From contig MGBH01000001.1 of NCBI GenBank assembly GCA_001790095.1, positions 300,001-332,000 on the forward strand: a stretch of DNA of 32,000 nucleotides, in the 5' to 3' direction. Source of the DNA: Candidatus Saccharimonadota bacterium (GTDB lineage Bacteria; Patescibacteriota; Microgenomatia; UBA1406; GWC2-37-13). Positions 7,355 through 16,867 of the stretch are shown here, one piece after another. The notes under the pieces were generated by a model. That model saw only the letters and a list, made by a program, of their open reading frames with translations. It had not been told where the DNA came from and did not search any database. Each line of letters opens with the position of its first letter. Within the stretch, counting starts at the first letter, position 1. The position numbers were made by a program, and so were the translations under genes.

Positions 7355-9751
7355 ATGATATTTCTATCTGGGCCGTCAAATCAATCCGTTCTACCTATTA
7401 TTGCCGTTCGAGATGGGATTGTGTTCCCAAAGACAGAAAACGTATTAACATTCGGAAGATCCAAAAGTATTTCTACCATAAATGAAGCACTCAAAAAAGA
7501 TAAAAGGGTTGTGCTTGTTATGCAAAAAAATTCGGCGGTTGAGGATCCAAAAAAAGATGATCTCTATGAAGTTGGAGTGATAGCCTCAATTGAAAAAACG
7601 GTTATTGGTGAAAAAGGAGAAATCAATGCCTTAGTCAAGGGGATAGAAAAAGTCAAAATAGTTGAAATAGTTAACGAAGTCCCATTTTTTGAGGGTAAGG
7701 TAGAAAAAATAGAAGAGACTCTTGTCAGCGACAATGAAGTACAGGCCATGGTGAAACACATCTCGCTTCAAGTTAAGAAAGCCATAAATCTTGGCAAAGC
7801 GGTTGATTTTGTATTTCTCATGAATATATTAAATGTTGGTACCCCGCAGGATTTTTCGTATCATATTGCCATGGTGTTGGACATAAAAGAAAAAGAAAAA
7901 CAGAATTTGCTTGAAGAGAACGATCTGAAAAAACGTCTTGTCAAAGAAGTCGAATATATAAATAAAGAAGTAAAGATACTTGAGATCGAACAAAACATTT
8001 CAGCAAAGACTCAACGTAAATTTGAAAAAGGAATGAAGGAAACTTTTTTAAAAGAAAAGATGAAGACGATAGAGGAAGAGTTGGGAGGTGGGGAAGACAG
8101 AGACATAAAAGAATATAGAGATAAAATAGTAGCAGCTTCTATGCCAAAAGCAGTTGAGGAAAAGGCTCTCAAAGAGCTTAAACGTTTGAGTCAAATGTCT
8201 CAGTATAATCCCGAGGCATCCTACGTGAAGACATATCTTGATTGGTTGGTAGATCTTCCCTGGTCTACTGTATCGACAAACAGTATTGATATCAAACAAG
8301 CTGAAAAAATTCTTAATGAAGATCACTTTGGGTTAAAAAAAATTAAGGAGCGAATACTTGAGTATTTAGCGGTTATTGAACTGCGTAAGCGAAAAGAGGA
8401 AAAAGAAAAAGACAAAAAAGGAGAGAAAAAAAATAAAGAATACCAACCAACCATCATCTGTTTTGTGGGTCCTCCTGGAGTGGGAAAGACTTCCCTAGGT
8501 CGTTCGATTGCGCGTGCTTTGGGGCGAAAATTTGTAAAAATGTCTCTCGGAGGGATACGAGATGAAGCGGAGATAAGAGGTCATAGACGTACTTATGTTG
8601 GTGCTTTACCTGGTAGAATAATCCAAGGTGTTAAGCAAGCGGGTACAAGAAATCCCCTCTTTATGCTTGATGAAATAGATAAAATTGGAAGAGATTATCG
8701 AGGAGACGCTTCTGCTGCCTTACTTGAAGCGCTTGATCCAGAGCAGAATCATGCATTTTCAGATCACTATCTTGAGGTGCCATTTGACCTGTCGGATGTA
8801 TTTTTCATTACAACAGCTAATATGCTTGATACCATACCCGAGGCGCTTCTTGATAGATTAGAGATAATAAATTTCCCCGGATATACAGAGGATGAAAAAT
8901 TTCATATTGTAAAAGACCATCTTATAAAGAAACAAATCGATGCTCACAGTTTGACATCAGAAGAAATAAAAATAAACGATGCAGCGGTTAAAACTATTAT
9001 ACGGCGCTATACAAGGGAAGCTGGTGTGCGTGAGCTTGAACGACAAGTAGCTGGAGTTTTTAGAAAAATAGCAAGAGAGATAGTAGAGAAAAAAACAAAA
9101 GAGAAAACAGTTACGACAACCGATATACCAAAATATTTAGGACCATATAAATATTCAAATCAAATAATTGAAGGGAAAAATACAATAGGTATCTCAACGG
9201 GTCTAGCATGGACACAAGCAGGAGGAGACATCTTGTTTATTGAGGTAGCTATCATGCCAGGTAAAGGAAGTTTGACCTTAACGGGTCATCTTGGGGATGT
9301 AATGAAGGAATCCTGCCAAGCAGCGCTTTCCTATATCAGATCACGTTGGGAAAAATTTAATCTAAAGAAAGACTTTTTTCATAGCTATGATATCCACGTA
9401 CATGTGCCCGAAGGAGCTGTGCCAAAGGATGGTCCATCAGCTGGATTAGCAATCGCAACGGCAATGTTGTCTGCACTGACAAAAACACCGTTTAAAAGAG
9501 ACGTTGCGATGACGGGGGAGATTACACTGCGTGGAAGAGCACTTGAAATAGGGGGAGTAAAAGAAAAAGTAATTGCCGCGCATCGAGCTGGAATAAAAAC
9601 AGTAATAATACCAAAGGATAACAAGAAAGATTTGGAAGACATACCTGCTTATGTATTAAACGGATTGAAATTTGTCTTCGTAGAACACATGGACGATGTT
9701 TTAAATGTCGCCCTTGTACATCCACCCGTTGCCAAGAACAAAGATAAGTAG
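7355..9751 (+). CDS. lon: ATP-dependent Lon protease
   Basis: It has the Lon N-domain, Walker A GPPGVGKTS, Walker B LFMLDEIDK, the protease Ser context PKDGPSAGLAIATAM and the Lys context GGVKEKVIAAHRAG. The ORF-track start at 7316 is the TTG of the -35 box, so ATG 7355 is preferred. Confidence 0.93.
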   Translation: MIFLSGPSNQSVLPIIAVRDGIVFPKTENVLTFGRSKSISTINEALKKDKRVVLVMQKNSAVEDPKKDDLYEVGVIASIEKTVIGEKGEINALVKGIEKVKIVEIVNEVPFFEGKVEKIEETLVSDNEVQAMVKHISLQVKKAINLGKAVDFVFLMNILNVGTPQDFSYHIAMVLDIKEKEKQNLLEENDLKKRLVKEVEYINKEVKILEIEQNISAKTQRKFEKGMKETFLKEKMKTIEEELGGGEDRDIKEYRDKIVAASMPKAVEEKALKELKRLSQMSQYNPEASYVKTYLDWLVDLPWSTVSTNSIDIKQAEKILNEDHFGLKKIKERILEYLAVIELRKRKEEKEKDKKGEKKNKEYQPTIICFVGPPGVGKTSLGRSIARALGRKFVKMSLGGIRDEAEIRGHRRTYVGALPGRIIQGVKQAGTRNPLFMLDEIDKIGRDYRGDASAALLEALDPEQNHAFSDHYLEVPFDLSDVFFITTANMLDTIPEALLDRLEIINFPGYTEDEKFHIVKDHLIKKQIDAHSLTSEEIKINDAAVKTIIRRYTREAGVRELERQVAGVFRKIAREIVEKKTKEKTVTTTDIPKYLGPYKYSNQIIEGKNTIGISTGLAWTQAGGDILFIEVAIMPGKGSLTLTGHLGDVMKESCQAALSYIRSRWEKFNLKKDFFHSYDIHVHVPEGAVPKDGPSAGLAIATAMLSALTKTPFKRDVAMTGEITLRGRALEIGGVKEKVIAAHRAGIKTVIIPKDNKKDLEDIPAYVLNGLKFVFVEHMDDVLNVALVHPPVAKNKDK

Positions 9752-9759
9752 TTTTAAGA

Positions 9760-10761
9760 CTATTTCCGGAACGACAGATAGAGCTCTCTTATAGTATGAG
9801 CTGCATTATACAGATGATAAAGAAAAGGGGAAATGACAAGGTCAAAGCTCCCCACCATCTCCACAAACTTTGTACCATATCCTTCTTTAAAACGGGTAAA
9901 ACCAGCCCATGAATGTTTTTCAGAATAGACGGGCGGCATTGAACCCCACATATCAAACTTTTTCGCGCCAAGTTTTTTACCCAGCAATATGGTGCGCCAC
10001 ATTAAGAGATTTGCAGCCATGAAGTTGCGGTAAAGAGGAGATGTTCCACCATAAGGATAATAAAATACACCGTTAAAATAAAAAAGCTCATACGCGGCAA
10101 GTGGTATATCTTTAAAATACGCAATCAAAATATGGGCAATATCATTACTTAAGCTATCCCATACTATCTTATGATAATGATAATTATGACCAAAATATTT
10201 TTGACGCTTACAGGTGGCAAAGTATAGTTTTTGGAAAACTTCAAAGCCTTCTTTATTTGACATTTCTTTGATCGCAATCCCTTTTTTCTGAGCGAGGCGG
10301 ATGTTATACCTTGTCTTTGGCTTCATTTGCTTTAAAAGATCATCTTCGGTCTTGGTTAAATCTAGCTCTTGAGTCCAAGAAGGAAAAAGTGGGTGAGGGG
10401 ACGGATATACTTTACTTTCTTTATCTATCCGATGTTGTGGATCGTTTTTCAAAACATAGGGTTCAAGCTTAACAAATATAAGACCTTCTTTTTTCCCAAA
10501 ATCCAGTAAAAAATGGACAACATCCTTAGAAAGGTTCGCTGATCTTGGAATATATCCAATTCTTAATCCAAAAGGAAGCAAATGGATAGTCATTTGAAAT
10601 GAATGACAAAGTTCTGTTCCGTCAAACTCACCAAATCTCAACACGCGGACTCCTGTTTTTTTTCGAGCTTCTCCCCACGCCCATGATTGAAGCGGATGAA
10701 CTGCCCTACTGTCAAAAAGATTTTTATTGAAATTATCCTCGATGATTTTCACTTTGTGCAT
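9760..10761 (-). CDS. FemAB-family peptidoglycan interpeptide-bridge aminoacyltransferase
   Basis: 333 aa with the FemAB-like N-terminus HPLQSWAWGEARKKTGVRVLRF and overall Fem/MurM-like length. It is the last gene of the minus-strand envelope operon. Confidence 0.75.
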   Translation of the reverse strand: MHKVKIIEDNFNKNLFDSRAVHPLQSWAWGEARKKTGVRVLRFGEFDGTELCHSFQMTIHLLPFGLRIGYIPRSANLSKDVVHFLLDFGKKEGLIFVKLEPYVLKNDPQHRIDKESKVYPSPHPLFPSWTQELDLTKTEDDLLKQMKPKTRYNIRLAQKKGIAIKEMSNKEGFEVFQKLYFATCKRQKYFGHNYHYHKIVWDSLSNDIAHILIAYFKDIPLAAYELFYFNGVFYYPYGGTSPLYRNFMAANLLMWRTILLGKKLGAKKFDMWGSMPPVYSEKHSWAGFTRFKEGYGTKFVEMVGSFDLVISPFLYHLYNAAHTIRELYLSFRK

Positions 10762-10780
10762 AAGACTATATTATAGTTTA

Positions 10781-12289
10781 TTATTGGTAGGATGATCTAA
10801 TCATTTCAAATACTGTAGCCATATCACTATTTTTCTCTAATTTTTCCGCAACCTGCTTGATATCGGTGATGATAAACGGCTTTGTCATTTCTCCATAAAA
10901 TCCACCATGGGTTCCCTTATGTTCTTCAAAAGCAAATAAAGTACCATTATGGTCTACATCTCCAAACAACACTATATCGCCATTATTTTGGAATGTTGAA
11001 TAGTGAGCAAGAGATTGAATAATGCGTTCATTAACATGAAATTGATGAAGTTGTGCAAAGGGTTTGCCAGTAGTTGTGACTATTTTTCCGTTTACAAACT
11101 CAACATTACCATGTTTCCCAAAAAGCACTCTTTTTTCATGATCAACTCTTACAAGAACCCAACCAACCTCTTTCATATTGAGTAGTTTTGAGATCAATGC
11201 TGGATAGAGTTTTGATATTTCATCCAAAATATATGGTTTTTGCAACCGTTCAGAAAAATAAACCTGCATAGATGATCCAGCCGGAACAAGATAAACATCT
11301 TTCCCTAGTTTTATTGAAGCATTCATATATGAACAAGTAATATTTCTTGATTTATCATCAAGCGCCAAGGAAAACATCTGCTCAAATGTGATGTTACGAG
11401 GGGTATTGATTGGTTTTGAAGGGGTTTGACCGTGGTCTGACATGATGATGACATCATAATGTCGCTTCGTTTTTTTGGTAGCTTTATAGAGAGATTTGCA
11501 ATACCAATCGATAAGCCGCAGGGAAGAGAAGGATGTTCTGTTGTCAACCCCATACTCATGTGCAAATTCGTCATATAATACAAAATCAATAAAAAGTATT
11601 GGTGTCTCTCTCAGTATTTCTATTTCACCAATATAGCTTCCTATATTGCCAAGAAAGATTCGTGAAAAAGAATCTTTCAGAAGGGAGACGGATAGTTTCA
11701 ATGAACCCATTTTTATGAGAGTTAAAAAGCTTTGAAGAAAGCTTTTTAATATGAGATAGAGAATATAAAAAAAACGGACAGGATTTAAAAAGATAATAAG
11801 GACATACTGCATTTTTTTTAAAATATGAAACGGGGAGCGCATAGTTAGTTCTTTTCCAGACAGACTATACTGTGTTGCTCCGGCGTTATAAACTCCGAAA
11901 ATACAAGTACCGCCTTCAAGGAGATTGGTTTTCTTTGGAATAATATTCTCAAATAAATCAATTACCTCACCACGATTACCTCTGATAAAACGCATAAGAG
12001 TACGGTCAAACCAGGCAAACCCAGGAATATTGTTGCTTTCACCAAAAAAAAGTTCGGCTTCAGTTGCGGCAGTTGAGGCAGGAGGTGGGCAGTAGTAATC
12101 ATGCAGATGATAGTTTTTTGTCAAAAGTCCCTTAATGAAAGAACAGTATTTTTTACGTATGGCCTGTCTTAATATGTTATGACTTAGTCCATCAATCAGA
12201 ATAATGATCAAACCTTTTTTATGAGCTGGGACAGTGCTTTTAGAAAGACCAAATACTTTTAAAATAAGAAAAAAGAGGGTTTTACGCAT
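10781..12289 (-). CDS. Alkaline-phosphatase superfamily (NPP / type I phosphodiesterase-like) membrane-associated enzyme
   Basis: It has an N-terminal hydrophobic segment, a metal-site context LIIILIDGLSHN, a candidate nucleophile region PPPASTAATE, and the motifs DEFAHEYG and IIMSDHGQTP. Confidence 0.6.
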   Translation of the reverse strand: MRKTLFFLILKVFGLSKSTVPAHKKGLIIILIDGLSHNILRQAIRKKYCSFIKGLLTKNYHLHDYYCPPPASTAATEAELFFGESNNIPGFAWFDRTLMRFIRGNRGEVIDLFENIIPKKTNLLEGGTCIFGVYNAGATQYSLSGKELTMRSPFHILKKMQYVLIIFLNPVRFFYILYLILKSFLQSFLTLIKMGSLKLSVSLLKDSFSRIFLGNIGSYIGEIEILRETPILFIDFVLYDEFAHEYGVDNRTSFSSLRLIDWYCKSLYKATKKTKRHYDVIIMSDHGQTPSKPINTPRNITFEQMFSLALDDKSRNITCSYMNASIKLGKDVYLVPAGSSMQVYFSERLQKPYILDEISKLYPALISKLLNMKEVGWVLVRVDHEKRVLFGKHGNVEFVNGKIVTTTGKPFAQLHQFHVNERIIQSLAHYSTFQNNGDIVLFGDVDHNGTLFAFEEHKGTHGGFYGEMTKPFIITDIKQVAEKLEKNSDMATVFEMIRSSYQ

Positions 12290-13424
12290 ATCTGAATCTC
12301 AATACATCATAATAAACCTTTTCTGTAGCTTTGGCAACTTTATCCCATGAATATTTTTTGCTTTCATTTATACACCATTTCCGAATTTCTTGGCGTAAGG
12401 ATTGATCAAGTATTGTTTTTTTAAGAGCCATTGCAAGTTCTTTAGTATTCTTTTGTTCGACAAGGAGGTCTGCATAATGAGGATAAAGTTTAAGTGATTC
12501 TTTAGCTGCTTCGTTTTGAAATCCAACTATAGTGCAACCACAACTCATTGCTTCAAGTATAGTAAGAGGGGATGCTTCATCAAAATAAGGAGCACAAAAA
12601 ATGTCTGCTTGCTGAAAATAAGGTACTCTTTTTGCTCCTGTTATTTCTCCACGATATGTAACTTGTTTTTCCAAGTTGTTTCGATTTATGTAACGGATCA
12701 TATTCCCCGTTTCTGCACCAGCCCCAACTATATCAAGCTTGACATGGGGAAGTTCCTTGGCAATCATATTGAAGGCTCTAAGTAGATATAGTATTCCTTT
12801 TCTTGAGACAATGCGACCGAGAAACAGTAGTTTTACCGTCTGTGATTTTTTTTTCTTGATGGGAAAAAATAGATTATGATCTACTGCATTATATATGACA
12901 TACTTCTTTACTTTTTTTGTGCAGATGCTTTCCCATCTTTTTTGGGTAATTTGAGATACAAAGATTGAAGCGTCCATATTCTCCGAAAATTTCATTTTAA
13001 AAAGCGGTAAGACACTATTTAGTGTGTTTATGACTGAGCTATTATCCCAAGCAGAATGAAAAGTACTTACTTTTGGAATCTTAATTTGTTCAACCAGACT
13101 CCATGCAAGAAGCGGAATATATGGCTCTTGAACATGGAGAATATCGAACTTATCCCTTGTGAATATTTTTTTTAAATCAACAAATGGCTTTAACATTTGG
13201 ACGCTTGCCCAGTTACCATTAGGCAGAGGGACCTCGATGGTATTACCAATTTCATGATAATTTTTATACTGTTTTGTTTTACCTGAGGGGCCATATATGG
13301 TTATTTTATGCCCTCTTTTTCGTAGTTCTTTCGAGAGGTTTAATACGTGTTCCTGTACCCCTCCAGCTGAAGATGGATTTGAGGAAAAAAAAAGTGCAAT
13401 ATTCAGTTTTTTAGGAGCGGTCAT
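12282..13424 (-). CDS. GT4-family (GT-B) glycosyltransferase
   Basis: 380 aa. It has the N-terminal GGVQEHVLNL motif and the C-terminal E-x7-E region FDEASPLTILEAMSCGCTIVG. Confidence 0.85.
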   Translation of the reverse strand: MTAPKKLNIALFFSSNPSSAGGVQEHVLNLSKELRKRGHKITIYGPSGKTKQYKNYHEIGNTIEVPLPNGNWASVQMLKPFVDLKKIFTRDKFDILHVQEPYIPLLAWSLVEQIKIPKVSTFHSAWDNSSVINTLNSVLPLFKMKFSENMDASIFVSQITQKRWESICTKKVKKYVIYNAVDHNLFFPIKKKKSQTVKLLFLGRIVSRKGILYLLRAFNMIAKELPHVKLDIVGAGAETGNMIRYINRNNLEKQVTYRGEITGAKRVPYFQQADIFCAPYFDEASPLTILEAMSCGCTIVGFQNEAAKESLKLYPHYADLLVEQKNTKELAMALKKTILDQSLRQEIRKWCINESKKYSWDKVAKATEKVYYDVLRFRYA

Positions 13425-14538
13425 GAATTTGAGCTTTGAGCACTGTTAATGTTTCTTTTGCACAAGTGGTCCAAGAGAACTGTTTAATACGTCCTATTCC
13501 ATTTTTTATGAGATTTGCACGGAGTTTTTCATCAGAGTTAAGTAGTTCTAGTTTGGCAACAAGATCATGGAAATCATGGGGGTTAAAATACAAAGATGCT
13601 TCTCCACCAACTTCAGGTAAACTCGATGAGAATGATGATATCACGGGGCAATTAAAGCTCATTGCTTCCAAAATAGGAATCCCAAAACCCTCATAAAAGG
13701 AGGGTAGAACAAAGCAAAAAGCTTCTTTATAAAGGGAAACTAATTCTTCATCAGTGACGTATCCTGTAAAAATAATCTTGTTTTCAAGATAGAGATTCTT
13801 TGCCTCCTTAAATATCTGGTCAAACAGCCAACCTTTTTTTCCCGTAATCACGAGTTTGTAATGAGGATGAGTTTGATTGAAAACAGCAAATGCCTTTATT
13901 AAAGTAACAATATTTTTTCTCGATTGAATAGTCCCGACATAGAGGATATAGGGGGGGTCAATTTTGGGAACCATATTTTGTATTTTGACTGGAGAACTTG
14001 GTTCTCCAATCTCTTTCTCAAATCCATTGTAAATTACTTCAATCCTATTGTCTGCTATATGATAATGACTCATAATGTCTTTTTTTGTGGTTTTGGATAC
14101 CGCTATAATCTTATTAGCTTTTCTAAGAGAATAGTGAGTCCAGTTTTGAAGTTGGTATAGATCCTTTTTCAAGAATTCGTCTGGATAGTGAAGATAAGCT
14201 ACATCATGGATCGTAACAACAGTCGGACATGGACAGAGGCGCGGTATGTAGTGAGCAGGAGAGAAGAACACACTGATTCTTTCTTTTGAAAACATGTTTT
14301 TTATTAATTCAAAAGGTAAAAAAAGCTGGGACCAGAGAAAAGATCCATGAATAAGTTTATATTTGAAGTATAGTGTTTCATCAGGAAGATCATTGAGAGG
14401 AGGCTTTCTTAAATAAATAATAAACTTAAGGTCTTTGTTTGCTTTTTTTTGAAAGTAAGATAAATGTTTATACGTATATACGGATACTCCGACTTTTTCT
14501 CGAACATTTGCTTCATTTCCATCTACTCCGATTATCAT
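13411..14538 (-). CDS. GT4-family glycosyltransferase
   Basis: The motif PSFYEGFGIPILEAMSFNCPVI is present. The ORF-track start at 14553 is TTG. ATG 14538 gives the typical MIIGVDGNEA N-terminus. Confidence 0.85.
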   Translation of the reverse strand: MIIGVDGNEANVREKVGVSVYTYKHLSYFQKKANKDLKFIIYLRKPPLNDLPDETLYFKYKLIHGSFLWSQLFLPFELIKNMFSKERISVFFSPAHYIPRLCPCPTVVTIHDVAYLHYPDEFLKKDLYQLQNWTHYSLRKANKIIAVSKTTKKDIMSHYHIADNRIEVIYNGFEKEIGEPSSPVKIQNMVPKIDPPYILYVGTIQSRKNIVTLIKAFAVFNQTHPHYKLVITGKKGWLFDQIFKEAKNLYLENKIIFTGYVTDEELVSLYKEAFCFVLPSFYEGFGIPILEAMSFNCPVISSFSSSLPEVGGEASLYFNPHDFHDLVAKLELLNSDEKLRANLIKNGIGRIKQFSWTTCAKETLTVLKAQIHDRS

Positions 14539-14556
14539 ATATAGACATGGCAAATA

Positions 14557-15660
14557 CTAATGATGTACGGTTAAGACCTGGGTCATATTATCAATATATT
14601 TTTTCCATGAAAAGTCTTGACTCTTTATTATACCCTGTTTTTTTAATTTGTTTCGAATATCATAGTTTGTAACAAGAAGACTGAGTGCTTTTTTTATATC
14701 GCTTGTTTTATGAGGATTAAAGAGGTACGATGCACCATCGCTTATCTCTTTCAATGATGAGGTATTTGAAGTTGCAACCGCAGCTCCAAGTCTCATTGCT
14801 TCAATTACAGGATATCCAAACCCTTCATAGAAAGAAGGATATATAAAAAAAAGACATGATTTATAAAGACAAGACAATTTAACATCAGCAATGTAGTCTA
14901 AAAATAAAACCCGTTCTGTCCCAGATTGCTTTTTTGAAGTAGTTTTATCCCAACCCTGTGAACCAACGATAACAAGAAGCATGTTTTTGACATTTAATTG
15001 TTTAAATGCCTCAATAAGTCCTCCAATATTTTTTCTTGGTTCAATTTTGCCAACAGTTAGTATAAATGGTTTATTGATATGGAACATTTCTTGTGTTTTT
15101 TTAACCATATCATCGGTTGGGGGTTGTATATCTACGCCTGGATAGTTAACAAATATTTTTTGTTTGTCAATACAAAGCAGTTCGGAAATATCTTTTCTTG
15201 TTGATTGAGAGTCGGTGAAGATTACAGTTGATTCTTTTTTTACCCAATGCATTCTACGATTCTGAGTTTTACGGATCATTGAATGCACGGTCTCAGGATA
15301 TCGAAGATAGACAAGGTCGTGGATTATGGTCGCTTTTTTCATGTTTGAAGGAGGTTCGGTCCAGTCAGAGCTTATAAACCAGTCCAAATTACCGACAAGT
15401 TTTTCAACCTTCATACGATGCATAGTGTTCCAAACAAAGGAGAGGGTAGTGGGTGGTAATTTGTATTCAAATAAGCGGTGATGTTTTTGGCCAATCAACT
15501 GTTTAATCTTAGGATCAATACGTTGTCGAAGAGAAGAAAAAAAGAAGAACCACTCATTTTGATTATCATGTGTGAGGATTCCTTGAATCAAACCGTGTAC
15601 AAATCTTGAGACACCTGTTCCTTCATATACCATTTGTGAGATATCAAGGCCAATTTTCAT
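14557..15660 (-). CDS. GT4-family glycosyltransferase
   Basis: The N-terminus is MKIGLDISQMVYEGTGVSRF and the motif PSFYEGFGYPVIEAMRLGAAV is present. Confidence 0.85.
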   Translation of the reverse strand: MKIGLDISQMVYEGTGVSRFVHGLIQGILTHDNQNEWFFFFSSLRQRIDPKIKQLIGQKHHRLFEYKLPPTTLSFVWNTMHRMKVEKLVGNLDWFISSDWTEPPSNMKKATIIHDLVYLRYPETVHSMIRKTQNRRMHWVKKESTVIFTDSQSTRKDISELLCIDKQKIFVNYPGVDIQPPTDDMVKKTQEMFHINKPFILTVGKIEPRKNIGGLIEAFKQLNVKNMLLVIVGSQGWDKTTSKKQSGTERVLFLDYIADVKLSCLYKSCLFFIYPSFYEGFGYPVIEAMRLGAAVATSNTSSLKEISDGASYLFNPHKTSDIKKALSLLVTNYDIRNKLKKQGIIKSQDFSWKKYIDNMTQVLTVHH

Positions 15661-15667
15661 AGATAGA

Positions 15668-16867
15668 TTATGCTTTTTTAATGCGTTGATATGCTATTTC
15701 CAAATTTTGGGCTATTTTTTTCCAGTTATATTTTTTCTTTACCAACCCATATGCATTTTTTCGTATGCGATCATATAATGGTTTGTTTGAAAGAATAAAC
15801 TGTATTTGCTTGATAAACTCACTGGCACTGTTAGCAATAAGGACGTGGGTATTGTCTTTAACATCAAGCCCTTCTATACCGGTTTGCGTTGTGATAATTG
15901 GTAGTCCACTGGACATAGAAGCTAAGATTTTTAATCTTGTTCCGCCTGGTCCAAAGATGGGAGCGACAAAGAGAGTCGCTTGGGTATATGCTTTTCTAAC
16001 GAGTTGTGAGTTGTTTGGGTCAATGTCAATTATTTTAATGCTTTTGGAGTCTTTAATTTGAAGTTTTTTTCTAGCGTTTTGGCCGGCGACAATAAGTTTA
16101 ACATCAGGCATAAGCGTCATAAGGTGAGGATATATTTTTTCGATAAGATATTTAGCCGCCTCAGTATTTTGCAACCAGAAAAAGTTACCTACAAATAATA
16201 ATACAGGGTTCTTGATAGGTTTAGGATCAAGCTTTTTAACAATCATTTCCTCGCCAGCTCCATTCGGAATAATAACGGGTTTAATGCTGGGTTCAAGCTC
16301 TGCAATTGTTTTTCGATCAGACTCAGATACCGCTCCGACAAGAAATGCTTTTCTCCAATAAAATCGCTCCCAATATTTAAGCTTGATAATATCAAAAGAA
16401 AACAGAAAACGTATGAAAAAAGGAAGAGAATTTACGTAATGTTGATATACTTTATATTCGATCGTTTGTTCAACAAGTAGAATGGGTATATCAGTGTCTA
16501 AGATATGAGGCATGATATAAAATGTTTCCGCATGAATTACATCGAAACGCTCTTTTCGGATCAATTCTTTCAATGTTTCTGCTGCTTGAAGTGAATAATT
16601 CCGGACAACGAGAAATGGATTTAAAGAAAAAATTGATCTTAATATATTTTCAGGTTGCCATGGCTTTTCAGGTCGCTTACAAAGATACACTTCTTTACAA
16701 TATGGTTTTAGATAAGGGAGATATTTTTTTTCCTCATCGTTTTTATATAAAGCAATAAGTGTTATTTCATTTTTTGAACGTAGATATTTAAGAAGGTTTA
16801 AAGTTCTAATTTGCCCGCCTGATGCCGGTGGATAGGGAAGATAAGGTGTCAGCATCAAAATCTTCAT
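15668..16867 (-). CDS. GT4-like (GT-B) glycosyltransferase
   Basis: The N-terminus is MKILMLTPYLPYPPASGGQIRTLNL and the C-terminal region is GPGGTRLKILASMSSGLPIITT. There is a 4-nt start/stop overlap with the upstream GT-C gene. Confidence 0.8.
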   Translation of the reverse strand: MKILMLTPYLPYPPASGGQIRTLNLLKYLRSKNEITLIALYKNDEEKKYLPYLKPYCKEVYLCKRPEKPWQPENILRSIFSLNPFLVVRNYSLQAAETLKELIRKERFDVIHAETFYIMPHILDTDIPILLVEQTIEYKVYQHYVNSLPFFIRFLFSFDIIKLKYWERFYWRKAFLVGAVSESDRKTIAELEPSIKPVIIPNGAGEEMIVKKLDPKPIKNPVLLFVGNFFWLQNTEAAKYLIEKIYPHLMTLMPDVKLIVAGQNARKKLQIKDSKSIKIIDIDPNNSQLVRKAYTQATLFVAPIFGPGGTRLKILASMSSGLPIITTQTGIEGLDVKDNTHVLIANSASEFIKQIQFILSNKPLYDRIRKNAYGLVKKKYNWKKIAQNLEIAYQRIKKA

